Part shown: positions 9,448 to 18,569 of the stretch, in pieces
Layout of the letters: every line of letters begins with the position of its first letter
Numbering within the stretch: the first letter of the stretch is position 1
NCBI RefSeq assembly: GCF_036381655.1
Contig: NZ_DASVCJ010000020.1
Span: 21,484-85,483, forward strand
Reading direction: 5' to 3'
Length of the DNA: 64,000 bases
Source: Ferrovibrio sp.
GTDB taxonomy: Bacteria; Pseudomonadota; Alphaproteobacteria; Ferrovibrionales; Ferrovibrionaceae
Notes under the pieces: model-generated
The model's database searches: none
Seen by the model: only the letters and a program-made list of their open reading frames with translations
What the model was told of the DNA's origin: nothing
Translations under genes and position numbers: made by a program

Positions 9448-10683
9448 TTAGCCGCGGCGGCCGCGCAGCCCGGTGCACTGGCGCAGGTCGGCGCCAGCGA
9501 AATTCACCTTCTCGAAAACCACCCCGGCGAAATCGACGCCCTCCACGGTGGCGCCGCGCAGATCCGCGCCGGTCAGGTCGGCATTGTCGAAGCGCGGGAA
9601 GATCACCTTGCCGGTCTTCTGGTTCAGGGCATTGAAGATTTCGACGCCGACAAGCTGCGCGCCGCGCAGGGCCGCGCCGGCCAGCAGCGCGCCGGAAAAA
9701 TTCGCGCCGCCCAGGCTGGCCTGATCGAAATTCGCCCGCCGCAGATCGGCGCCGATGAAGCTGGTGAACAGCAACTGGCTCTTGGTGAAGAAGGCGCCGG
9801 CCAGATTGGTCTCGTGGAAAACCGCCGCGCGCAGATCGCAACTGGAGAAATCCATGCCCGGCAGCTTCATCTTGCTGAAGACGGCGCGCTCGCCCTCCAG
9901 GCCGTTCGAGGCGATCCACTTGCCATGCGCGGCCAGCATCGCTTCGATCTCCGGCGGCAGTTTCGCCTGGCCTTCGCGGTAGATCGCGCCCTGCAGATTG
10001 GCGCCGCTCAGATCGACGCCGCTCAGATCGACGCTGCGCAGATTGGCGCCGCGCAGATCGCAGCCGGCCAGCTTGGCGCCGTCCAGATTGGCGCCGACGA
10101 AGCTGGTCTCCTTCATGCGGGCGCCGGAGAAATCCGCCCCCGAAAGATCGGCGCCGGTCAGGTTGACGGCGAACAGCGAGGCGCCGACGAAGGTGGCGCC
10201 GACCGCGCTGGAATTGCTCATATTGGCATGATCGAGATGGGCATGGCCGAGATTGGCCTCCTGCAGATTGGCGCCCGACAGGTTGACCGGCACGTCCTCG
10301 CGGTTTTCGTCGCCCTCCTTCTCATGGCGCACGATCTGGCCGGGCCGCAGATCGGCCTGGCGGAACGAGGTCTGCTTGAGCTTTGCCATCAGGAAATTGG
10401 CGCCGCGCAGATCGGCCCGGTCGAACATCGTATTGGACAGGTCGGCGCGGCTGAAATCGACGCCGAACAGATCGGCCCGCAGGAACTGCGCGCCCTTCAG
10501 CGACGAGCCGGCGAAACTGCAGCCCGGCAGGATGGCATCGTCGAGTACCACGGCATCCAGCTTGAGATCGGCAAAATCCTCGCCGCGGCGCTGCAGGCGC
10601 ACGCCGCCGGGTCGGCTGTTGAGATAGGCTTGATGACGCGACAAGGCCCAGACGACGGGCTCGGGCGGCAAACGCACGGACAT
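9448..10683 (-). CDS. Pentapeptide repeat protein, paralog 3
   Basis: Same layout (LSRHQAY; LAAHGKWIASNGLEGERA); start 10683 chosen by alignment with the paralogs (alternative 10758). Confidence 0.9.
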   Translation of the reverse strand: MSVRLPPEPVVWALSRHQAYLNSRPGGVRLQRRGEDFADLKLDAVVLDDAILPGCSFAGSSLKGAQFLRADLFGVDFSRADLSNTMFDRADLRGANFLMAKLKQTSFRQADLRPGQIVRHEKEGDENREDVPVNLSGANLQEANLGHAHLDHANMSNSSAVGATFVGASLFAVNLTGADLSGADFSGARMKETSFVGANLDGAKLAGCDLRGANLRSVDLSGVDLSGANLQGAIYREGQAKLPPEIEAMLAAHGKWIASNGLEGERAVFSKMKLPGMDFSSCDLRAAVFHETNLAGAFFTKSQLLFTSFIGADLRRANFDQASLGGANFSGALLAGAALRGAQLVGVEIFNALNQKTGKVIFPRFDNADLTGADLRGATVEGVDFAGVVFEKVNFAGADLRQCTGLRGRRG

Positions 10684-10850
10684 GGAATTCTGCTTTTGGT
10701 CGGTCGTGAATCTTTCGTTGCCACCGGCAGTGTAAAGAAAGCGGCTCTGCGCCGCCATGCTTTTGTCGGACAGGAGCCGCTCTTATTCACGCTTCCCTTG
10801 CCGCGGCGGCGCCGCTAGTGTGCAGGCAAAGACGGGGGAGATTCGGTTCA

Positions 10851-11324
10851 ATGGCCGCTGACAAAGCCGCGAGTGCCAAAAAGACGATCGTGAAAGCATC
10901 CAGGAGCAAGACGTCCGGCAAAACGACGCCGGGCAAGAAGACCAAGGCCGCGGCGGACACCGCCAACCGCCGCCGCTTTCAGCGCCGCGATACCAGGATC
11001 ATCGCGCGGCTGGAGCATGGCGCGACCGAGACCCCCGGCGCGGTGACCAACCTGTCGCTGCAGGGCTGCCTGTTCACCCCGCGCGTCGACCTTGCCGCCG
11101 GAACGCGCATCAGGCTGTGGCTGGCGAACGAGACGAAGCCGGTCGCCGCCACGGTGAAAGCCGTCAGCGCCCGGGGCGTGCATTGCCTGCTGCATGCCGG
11201 CGGCGCCACGCTCAGCCGCCTGTCGGCCGATCTCGACGACATGGCCCTGCTGATGCTGAGCGCCGGGCGGCCGCGCTCCAATCACCTGCCCGGGAAGCCG
11301 GCCGCGAAGAAGCGCAAGGCCTGA
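10851..11324 (+). CDS. PilZ domain protein
   Basis: RRFQR (RxxxR) and NLSLQG (D/NxSxxG) motifs; Lys-rich disordered termini. Confidence 0.85.
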   Translation: MAADKAASAKKTIVKASRSKTSGKTTPGKKTKAAADTANRRRFQRRDTRIIARLEHGATETPGAVTNLSLQGCLFTPRVDLAAGTRIRLWLANETKPVAATVKAVSARGVHCLLHAGGATLSRLSADLDDMALLMLSAGRPRSNHLPGKPAAKKRKA

Positions 11325-11340
11325 CGCCGCAAACGGCGCG

Positions 11341-11371
11341 AAAAAAGGCCGCCGGGAGAACCCGGCGGCTT
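11341..11371 (-). terminator. Intrinsic terminator of the T1SS operon
   Basis: GGCCGCCGGG-AGAA-CCCGGCGGCT hairpin with A6 on the + strand (U-tract on the - strand). Confidence 0.8.
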
Positions 11372-11395
11372 GCCGTGCATGCGGCGATCGTCCGG

Positions 11396-13066
11396 TCAGG
11401 CGAGCAGCACGTCGAAATGCAGATGCCCGCTGTCGCTGCTGCCATCCTTGTCGGCGATCGCATAGGCCACCGAATCATGGCCGGTGAAGCCGGGCTTCGG
11501 CGTGTAGATGCCGGCGCCCTTCGCCGCATCCCAGGCGACCTTGCCGCCCTCTGCGGTGACGCTGTCCATGCCGGTGATGTGCAGGCCGCCATCGGCGCCC
11601 TTGTCGTTCATCAGCAGATACTTGCCGGCGAAGTAATCCTTCGTGCCGGCCTTGATCCGGTGATAATCGTCGCCGACCGAGACCGGGTTGCCGCTGCCGC
11701 CAGTGGCCGGCGGGGCGGCACCGGCCGCGTCCGAGCCCGAACCGGAGCCTGAACCGCCGGTGCCGGTGCCGGTGCCCGTTCCCGTGCCAGAGCTGGTGCC
11801 GCTGCCGACCTGCACATGGATCGTCGCCGTATCGCTGCTGCCATCGGCATCCTTCAGCGTGTAATCGAAGGAATCCTTGCCCTGCCAGCCTTTCGGCGGG
11901 ATGTAGCGCACCGTGCCGTTGCTGGCATCCCAGGTGATGGTCGCGCCGGCATCGCTGTGGGTTTCGACATGACTGACATGCAGGCCGCCATCGGCGCCCT
12001 TGTCGTTCCAGGTGAGATACTTGGTGTTGAACCAGAGCGACTTGTCGGGATCGATCTTGTAATTGTCGTCATAGGCGAGGACCGGATTGCCGCTGCCGCC
12101 CGAGGCCGGCGGAGCCGAGCCGGCATTCGTACCGCCTGACGTGCCACCCGACGTTCCGCCCGATGTGCCGCCGGCAGGATTGGCGGCCTTGGCGTGATCG
12201 AGGTGCATGGCGAAATCGTGGTAGATCTCGCTCTGGTGCTTCTGCACGGTTTCCGAGCCGTAAAAGCTGCCATTCATCAGGCTGGGCGCCTTGTTGTCGG
12301 ACCAGTAATGGTCGCCGTGGCCGGTCTTCACATAGGCGCCGCCCCAGCTATCGGCGGCCGGATTGTTGTTGTCGGCATTGTCGATGAGATAGAGCAGCGA
12401 GGGCGTATCGCCCATCTTCAGGCCCCAGGGGCGCGCGTGGTAGAAATACTCGCCCAGCGCGCCATGGCCCTGCGCGTCGCTCATGCGCCAGCTATTGTTG
12501 CCGGCGCCGCCGTCATCGACATACATGCCGCGCATCGTGGTGTTGCTCTCGATCCACCACAGATCCTTGAAGGTGTTGTAGATGTAGTCGCGGGCGGCGG
12601 TATCCTGCTGGGTATTCCAGGCCCCCAGGCTGTAAAGCCTGATCTTGCCGGCGATGGACGGATCGTCATGCAGCGCCTGGGCGACATCGGTCAGCGCGCC
12701 CCAGGCGAGCACCCAGAGCGGCTCGGCCGAGGCCTTCGCGGCGGCGACGATCTGCTTGGAGCCTTCGGTTGCCGTCGAATAGCCCTGCGCGGGCGCGACA
12801 TGAACATTGCCCTGCTTGGTGATCGAGCGCAGGTAATCCGGCGTCGCATAATCGGCCGACCAGGTCTTCAGCTTGCCGTAATCCTGCGCATAGGCGTCGA
12901 TCACCTTGCGGATATCCGCCGTGCTGCCGGAATGGCCGGTCGGCGTGGAGACCAGGCCGACCAGGTTGACCTTGTCGCCATAGAGCAGGGCATGAACCAT
13001 CGACTGGGCATCGTCGGGATCCGAGCCGCCGATATCGGTGGAGATGAGTACGCGTGGCTTGGCCAT
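11396..13066 (-). CDS. DUF1593 (nucleoside hydrolase-like) domain protein with two cadherin-like/Ig-like repeats; probable T1SS substrate
   Basis: STDIGGSDPDDAQS, PLWVLAWGALTD and KMGDTPS motifs; two repeats (DD.Y...NDKGADGGLH...Y.P..G..G.DS..Y...D.DGSSD); G/S/T linkers; no signal peptide. Confidence 0.85.
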   Translation of the reverse strand: MAKPRVLISTDIGGSDPDDAQSMVHALLYGDKVNLVGLVSTPTGHSGSTADIRKVIDAYAQDYGKLKTWSADYATPDYLRSITKQGNVHVAPAQGYSTATEGSKQIVAAAKASAEPLWVLAWGALTDVAQALHDDPSIAGKIRLYSLGAWNTQQDTAARDYIYNTFKDLWWIESNTTMRGMYVDDGGAGNNSWRMSDAQGHGALGEYFYHARPWGLKMGDTPSLLYLIDNADNNNPAADSWGGAYVKTGHGDHYWSDNKAPSLMNGSFYGSETVQKHQSEIYHDFAMHLDHAKAANPAGGTSGGTSGGTSGGTNAGSAPPASGGSGNPVLAYDDNYKIDPDKSLWFNTKYLTWNDKGADGGLHVSHVETHSDAGATITWDASNGTVRYIPPKGWQGKDSFDYTLKDADGSSDTATIHVQVGSGTSSGTGTGTGTGTGGSGSGSGSDAAGAAPPATGGSGNPVSVGDDYHRIKAGTKDYFAGKYLLMNDKGADGGLHITGMDSVTAEGGKVAWDAAKGAGIYTPKPGFTGHDSVAYAIADKDGSSDSGHLHFDVLLA

Positions 13067-13140
13067 GAGGGGTCCTTTTTACGCTAGGGATATTGCAAAC
13101 CGGGTAATGTGCGTAAGGTGCGTGATTTCCGATCTGCGCC

Positions 13141-14463
13141 TCAGCTTTCGTTCATGCTCTGCCGCAGCGAGTCGATGAGGGGCTGGGTCAGATAGCCGAG
13201 CGCGGTGCGCGTGCCGGCCATGACCATGACCTCGGCGGGCATGCCCGGCGTGAGTTCGATATCGGGCGCCAGCCGGGCGAGCTGCGCGCGGTCGACCTCG
13301 ACGCGGACCAGGTAATAAGGCTTGCTGCTGTTGGGCTCGACGATGCGGTCGGCCGAGACGCTGCGCACCCGGCCCTCGATGCGCGGCTGGTTGCGCAGCT
13401 TGTAGGCCGAGAGCACCACGCGGGCCGGCAGGCCTTCATGCACGATGTCGATGTCGTTCGGCGCGATATGCGCCTCGATCAGCAATTCGTCGTCGCGCGG
13501 CACGATGTCGAGGATCGGCTGGCCGGCGCCGACGATGCCGCCGATGGTGCGCGCCTTCATCTGCACGACGGTGCCGGCGACCGGCGCGATGACCACGGTC
13601 CGGCGCAGCACGTCCTCGGCCGCCGCCAGCTTGTCGCGCGCCGCGGCGATCTGCCCGGTGACATCGGCCAGTTGCGTGCTGATCTCCTCCTGGCGCTGCG
13701 ATTCCATCGTGCTGATCTGCACATCGGTTTCGGCGATGGTCTGCAGCGCGCGGGCGATGGCGGCCTCGTTGGCGCCGCGCGCGCCGACGATCTCGGCCTG
13801 GGCGCGCTGCAGCGCCAGCAGCCGCGGGCGGCGCTCCAGCCCCTTTTCCAGCAGCGTGTTGACGCCCTTCACTTCCTCGGCGATCAGCGCGAGCTGCCGG
13901 GTCTGGCCGGCGATCTGCGCGCGCAGGCCGGCGATCTCGTCATCGACCTGGGCGCTGCGTTGCTGCAGCAGGGTGCGGCGCTGCTCCAGCGCGGCGCGGC
14001 GCTGCTGCATCAATTCGCGTTGCGCCGTCAGCAGCGCGGCGACCTCCGGCTCGGCGGCATGGCCGCGCAACTGCTCGGCGATGCGCGGCTCGCCCTCGCC
14101 GGCGCGCTCGGCCAGCAGGCGGCCTTCCACCGCCAGCAATTGCCGCAGATCGCCCAGGGCGAGGTCGCGGGCGGCGCGGGCGGCCTTGTCGTCCAGCACG
14201 ATCAGCGTGTCGCCGGCCTCGACATGGCTGCCATCCTGCACCAGCAGCTGCCTGACGATGCCGCCTTCGAGATGCTGCACGGTGCGGCGGTTGCCGTCCG
14301 GACTGACGACGCCCGGCCCGAGCGCGGCGGTGGCGAGCGGCGCCAGCGCCGACCAGGCGCCGAGGCCGCCGAAAAAGGCGAGGCAGACCAAGGCGCCGGC
14401 AATGAGCGGGCGGCGCAGGCTGGCTCGCAGGTCGGGCGCCCCGATCTCGCTGAGATGGGTCAT
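13141..14463 (-). CDS. HlyD/PrtE-family type I secretion membrane fusion protein
   Basis: TVQHLEGGIVRQLLVQDGSHV, coiled coil, IAPVAGTV and LTPGMPAEV motifs. Confidence 0.95.
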   Translation of the reverse strand: MTHLSEIGAPDLRASLRRPLIAGALVCLAFFGGLGAWSALAPLATAALGPGVVSPDGNRRTVQHLEGGIVRQLLVQDGSHVEAGDTLIVLDDKAARAARDLALGDLRQLLAVEGRLLAERAGEGEPRIAEQLRGHAAEPEVAALLTAQRELMQQRRAALEQRRTLLQQRSAQVDDEIAGLRAQIAGQTRQLALIAEEVKGVNTLLEKGLERRPRLLALQRAQAEIVGARGANEAAIARALQTIAETDVQISTMESQRQEEISTQLADVTGQIAAARDKLAAAEDVLRRTVVIAPVAGTVVQMKARTIGGIVGAGQPILDIVPRDDELLIEAHIAPNDIDIVHEGLPARVVLSAYKLRNQPRIEGRVRSVSADRIVEPNSSKPYYLVRVEVDRAQLARLAPDIELTPGMPAEVMVMAGTRTALGYLTQPLIDSLRQSMNES

Positions 14464-14485
14464 GAACGGATCTCCTGTAAGAAAA

Positions 14486-16216
14486 TCAGACGGTGCGGAT
14501 GGCGGCCTTGCGGGCGGCGGGCTGTCCGGTCACCAGCGGCCAGACCTCTTCGATCGGACCGAAGGCCTGCGCCATGCCGTCGCGCAGGAACAGCAGCATG
14601 TCGCTATGCTCGAGCATGCTGGGGCGGTGATTGACCATGATCACCGTGCAGCCCTGCTGCCGGGCGGCCTTGAGCGCGGCCAGCAAAGCCGCCTCGCCTT
14701 CGCCGTCCAGATGCGCGTTCGGCTCGTCCAGCACCAGCAGCTTCGGATTGCCATACAGCGCGCGGGCCAGGCCGATGCGCTGGCGCTGGCCGCCGGAGAG
14801 CTGGCTGGCGCTGGCATCGAGGCGCGTCTCGTAGCCCTGCGGCAGGCGCAGGATCATCTCGTGCACATGCGCCTGCCGCGCCGCCGCGACGATCAGCGCC
14901 GGGTCGATGCTGTCATTGCCATGCCCCATGCGGGCGATGTTCTCGGCGACGGTGCCGGCGAACAGGGTCACCTCCTGCGGCAGATAGCCGAGATGCGGGC
15001 CGATTTCGGCGCGGTTCCAGGCGGCCAGATCGGCATGATCGAGCCGCACATGGCCGGCGCTGGGCGGCAGCGCGCCGATCAGCAGGCGGCAGAGCGTGCT
15101 CTTGCCGGCGGCGGACGGCCCGATGATGCCGAGCGACTGGCCCGGCCTGAGCGCGAAGGAGATGTTGCGCAGCACCGGCTTTTCCGCGCCCGCCGGCGCA
15201 TAGGTCAGTCCTTCGACCGAAAGCGCGCCCTGCGGCTGCGGCAGCGGCATCGGCGGCGGCGCCTGCGGATGGCGGTTGAGCAGAACGGCAAGACGCTGCC
15301 ACGAGTGGCGCACGCCGACGAACTGCTTCCAGCTTCCGAGCAGCTGGTCGATCGGCGCCAGCGCCCGGCCCAGCAGGATGGAGGCGGCGATCATGCCGCC
15401 CGAGGTCAGCTCGCCGCGCACCGCCAGCCAGGCACCAAGGCCGAGGATGGCGGTCTGCACGAACATGCGCAGCGCCTTGGTCAGGCCATGCAGCCGCAAT
15501 GTGCGGTCGGCGGCATTCTGCTGCGCCGTCAGCGCGCGATCCTGCGCGCCGCGCCAGCGGCTCAGCAAGGCCGGCAGCAGGCCGAGCGCGCGGACCAGTT
15601 CGCCGCTGCGCAGCGTGGCGTCGGCCAGCGCATAGGCGTTGACCTGATGCGCTTCGCCCTCATGCACCGCGCGGCGGGTGAGCCATTCGCCCGCCACCAT
15701 CAGGGCCAGCAGCAAAAGGCCGGCGCCGAGCGCGAAGCCGCCCAGCCAGGGATGCATGATCCACAGCACGGCAAGGAAGACCGGCGTCCAGGGCGCATCG
15801 AAGAGCGGCGCCATGGCCGGCCCGGTGAGAAAGCCGCGCACCTGTGCGAGATCGCGCAAGGGCTGCGTGCCGGTCGGCGTGCCGCTGGCGGCCGCATCGA
15901 GGCCGGCGGCGATCAGGCGTCCGGCCAGCGCGCGGTCGAGCCAGGCGCCGAGGCGCGACAGCAGATTGCTGCGCACCGTCTCCAGCGCGCCGAAGGCCAT
16001 ATAGGCCGCCGTCGCCATCACCGTGAGCCAGATGAGCGTATCAAGATTGGAACTGCTCAACACGCGGTCGTAGACCTGCATCATGTAGAGCGGCGAGGTC
16101 AGGACCAGCAGGTTGATCGCCAGACTGAAGCCCGCCACCGCGAGCAGGGCAAAGCGGAACGGGCCGGTCATCAGGTGGAACAGCGATGCGGGTATTGCGG
16201 CTCGGGCAAAACTCAT
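14486..16216 (-). CDS. PrtD-family type I secretion ABC transporter (permease/ATPase)
   Basis: LYMMQVYDRVLSS, GRALAPID, GPSAAGKST, LSGGQRQRIGLARALYG and LDEPNAHLD motifs. Confidence 0.96.
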   Translation of the reverse strand: MSFARAAIPASLFHLMTGPFRFALLAVAGFSLAINLLVLTSPLYMMQVYDRVLSSSNLDTLIWLTVMATAAYMAFGALETVRSNLLSRLGAWLDRALAGRLIAAGLDAAASGTPTGTQPLRDLAQVRGFLTGPAMAPLFDAPWTPVFLAVLWIMHPWLGGFALGAGLLLLALMVAGEWLTRRAVHEGEAHQVNAYALADATLRSGELVRALGLLPALLSRWRGAQDRALTAQQNAADRTLRLHGLTKALRMFVQTAILGLGAWLAVRGELTSGGMIAASILLGRALAPIDQLLGSWKQFVGVRHSWQRLAVLLNRHPQAPPPMPLPQPQGALSVEGLTYAPAGAEKPVLRNISFALRPGQSLGIIGPSAAGKSTLCRLLIGALPPSAGHVRLDHADLAAWNRAEIGPHLGYLPQEVTLFAGTVAENIARMGHGNDSIDPALIVAAARQAHVHEMILRLPQGYETRLDASASQLSGGQRQRIGLARALYGNPKLLVLDEPNAHLDGEGEAALLAALKAARQQGCTVIMVNHRPSMLEHSDMLLFLRDGMAQAFGPIEEVWPLVTGQPAARKAAIRTV

Positions 16217-16443
16217 CGGACGGTGTCTCCTTCAACGATGCGGCAGACACCATGTTCAGTTCCGGTTGTAAACCTGGGTGGGAGCGAGGGTTATCGGGTG
16301 GTAAGCAGCGCGCGCGAGCTTCTCACAGCGATGCCACATGCAGGCTTCCGCCATCACAGGATTCGCCCCCCGCCGATCACAGCAGCATCACAAGCCTTAC
16401 CGCGATTTTAAGGCTTTGGCGAAAAACCGCCGCGCGGGGCGAA

Positions 16444-16950
16444 TCAATCCGGCGCGCCGGCGCCGCGGGCGAGACAGGCCTCGAGCGCGTCGAGAAACGG
16501 GAGCTGGTTCTTGTGAATGCGCCGGCGCGCCGTCGCCAGGTCGAACCAGGCCGCCCGGTCGGCTTCGGGAAAATCGCGCATTTGCCCCGAGCGCGGCGGC
16601 CATTCCATGCTGAAGCTGTTGCTGCGCAGCCTGGCCGGATCGCAATCGCCTTCGATGGCCCAGGCCTGGATGATTTTCTGCCCGTGCTTGTAACGGCCGA
16701 GAGCGATGGCCGCGCCGGAGGCCGCGACCTCGGCGGGCGCAAAGCCGGTTTCCTCGGCAAATTCGCGCTGCGCCGCAGCCAGGGCATCCTCGTCGGGGTC
16801 GATCTCGCCTTTCGGCATCGACCAGGCATGCGCGTCCTTGCCGGCCCAGAACGGCCCGCCGGGATGCACCAGCAGAACCTCGATGCCGGCGCCGTGACGG
16901 CCGGTTTTGTCGCGGCGATACAGCAATAAGCCGGCGCTGTGCTTCATCAT
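16444..16950 (-). CDS. NUDIX hydrolase
   Basis: LLVHPGGPFW, PKGEIDPDEDALAAAQREFAEETG (Nudix box) and FPEADRAAWF motifs. Confidence 0.92.
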   Translation of the reverse strand: MMKHSAGLLLYRRDKTGRHGAGIEVLLVHPGGPFWAGKDAHAWSMPKGEIDPDEDALAAAQREFAEETGFAPAEVAASGAAIALGRYKHGQKIIQAWAIEGDCDPARLRSNSFSMEWPPRSGQMRDFPEADRAAWFDLATARRRIHKNQLPFLDALEACLARGAGAPD

Positions 16951-16993
16951 GACAGTCAAACGACGGTGCCAACCTTAATCCGGATCGCCAATT

Positions 16994-17007
16994 TTAATCT
17001 GGATCAA
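16994..17007 (+). promoter_or_regulatory. FNR/FixK-like box
   Basis: TTAAT-CTGG-ATCAA, one mismatch to TTGAT-N4-ATCAA, centred about 65 bp upstream of the 17065 start. Confidence 0.6.
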
Positions 17008-17064
17008 TGCCGCCGTCTTCGTCCTGCCGATAATCGGAAGATCACATGCGGAAGGAGAGCGGAA

Positions 17065-17445
17065 ATGGCGATGGTGCATCAACGCGAACCCGGCAAGACC
17101 GCCGAAACGGACAATCTGCTTCCCGGAAAGATGTTCGAGGCCATGACCGGCGCGATGGAGGCTTTCTGGTCCAACCAGCATCGGATCCTAACGCTCTACG
17201 GCGATTTCGCCAGCCACTGGGTGGAGCGCCGGCAGCAGGCCGCGCAGACGGGCCTCGACGCGATGCGGGAGATGCTGGCCTCGAACGGCCAGCCGGCCAG
17301 GCTGCCGGAAATCGCCAATGCCTGGCTGCGCGGCAGCTTCGAGCGCGTTTCAGCCGACATGCAAAAATACCGGGAATGCTGCAGCGCGATTGCCGCCGCG
17401 CTGCAGGTCGCGCCCGCGCAAGGCGGCAAGCCGGCCAGGCATTGA
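17065..17445 (+). CDS. Phasin-like helical hypothetical protein
   Basis: AAGGAG SD at 17052-17057; amphipathic helical sequence (AFWSNQHRIL...HWVERRQQAAQ...NAWLRGSFERVSAD). Confidence 0.6.
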   Translation: MAMVHQREPGKTAETDNLLPGKMFEAMTGAMEAFWSNQHRILTLYGDFASHWVERRQQAAQTGLDAMREMLASNGQPARLPEIANAWLRGSFERVSADMQKYRECCSAIAAALQVAPAQGGKPARH

Positions 17446-17508
17446 CGCCGTTGCCAGTGCGGCCGCGGCGGATGCCTTCGACCTCAGTCAGCGTAAGAGG
17501 ATTTTGCC

Positions 17509-17923
17509 ATGACCGTGACCGGCCTGCGCGGTTTCGACACCACGGCGCACGAGACCAGCCAATGGCTGAGAAGCCTGATGGCGTGCCTGGAAACGGACGA
17601 CCGGCATCTGGCCTATGCCGCCTTGCGGAGCATGCTGCATGCCCTGCGCGACCGCCTCGGCTGGAGAATGCGGCTCATCTTTCGGCGCAACTGCCGATGC
17701 TGATCCGCGGCCTGTATTACGAGGGCCGGCGTCCCGGCCGGCAGAAGCCGAGGGAGCGGCACCGCGAGGAATTCCTGCAGCAGAACTCGCCGCCGCCAAG
17801 GCGCCGCTGGATCCCGAGGTCGCCGCCATCGCGGTATTCGATGTGATGGCTGCGCATCTGGATCCCGGCGAGACGGTCAAGGTGCTCGGCCTGCTGCCGG
17901 CGGAACTGCGCGACCTGCTCTGA
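17509..17923 (+). pseudogene. DUF2267 family gene split by two frameshifts
   Basis: Frame A MTVTGLRGFDTT...HALRDRL; frame B AAHLSAQLPMLIRGLYYEG...EEFL; frame C DPEVAAIAVFDVMAAHLDPGE...LPAELRDLL; shifts near 17660-17666 and 17780. Confidence 0.85.
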
Positions 17924-18042
17924 CAGGAGGAACCGTAGCCGGGCGCGGCCGCCCTACCTCCAATTCGCAGCGCGTCCGGCTGAAGCAGGCAGGCCCTGCG
18001 CTGCGTCTTTCCTGGCATAGTGGGCCGGACGAGGACAACGCC

Positions 18043-18420
18043 ATGCACCTGCCGCTGCAGATTTCCTTCCATGGCATGGACCATTCCCATGCGGTCGAGG
18101 CGCGCATCCTCGAGAAGGCCAGGGCGCTCGAACGATTTTACCGCGGCATCTCGTCCTGCCGGGTGGTGATCGACGCGCCGCAGCGCCAGCAGAACAGCCG
18201 GCAGCCGCAGAAAGGCCGGCTTTACCGCATCCGCATCGACATCACGATGCCCGGCGGCGAGCTGGTGGTCGGCCGCACCGCCGATGACGGCCATGCCCAT
18301 GAGGATATCCAGGCGGCGATCCGCGATGCGTTCGATGCTGCGGCCCGTCTGCTGGCGGACCGGGCCAGGGCGCAGCGGCATGGCCTGCGGACGCGCGAAA
18401 GGCGGCAGCGGCAGGAATGA
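18043..18420 (+). CDS. HPF/RaiA-family ribosome-associated protein
   Basis: LQISFHGMDHSHAVEARI, CRVVID, YRIRIDITMPGGELVV and HEDIQAAIRDAFDAAARLL motifs. Confidence 0.9.
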   Translation: MHLPLQISFHGMDHSHAVEARILEKARALERFYRGISSCRVVIDAPQRQQNSRQPQKGRLYRIRIDITMPGGELVVGRTADDGHAHEDIQAAIRDAFDAAARLLADRARAQRHGLRTRERRQRQE

Positions 18421-18569
18421 TCATCGGCACGGCCATGCGAGACGGATTGCGGCCACAAAAATACCACTGGCGGGCGAAGCGACTTCCATCACGATGGTGG
18501 ACCTGCCGGCCGCCGCGACCGTGGCGGGGCCGATCATCGGGATAGCGATACCGCCCACGCTTGCTGGTC

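Noticed and set aside
6281-10818. Long + strand ORFs opposite the pentapeptide genes
   Set aside because: Antisense shadows of repetitive high-GC coding sequence (QIGA repeats mirror ADL repeats)
11720-12175. GT/GS/GGTS repeats as an independent repeat element
   Set aside because: They encode flexible linkers of the DUF1593 protein
13438-16411. 988-aa and 398-aa + strand ORFs
   Set aside because: Antisense to clear T1SS genes; no domain motifs
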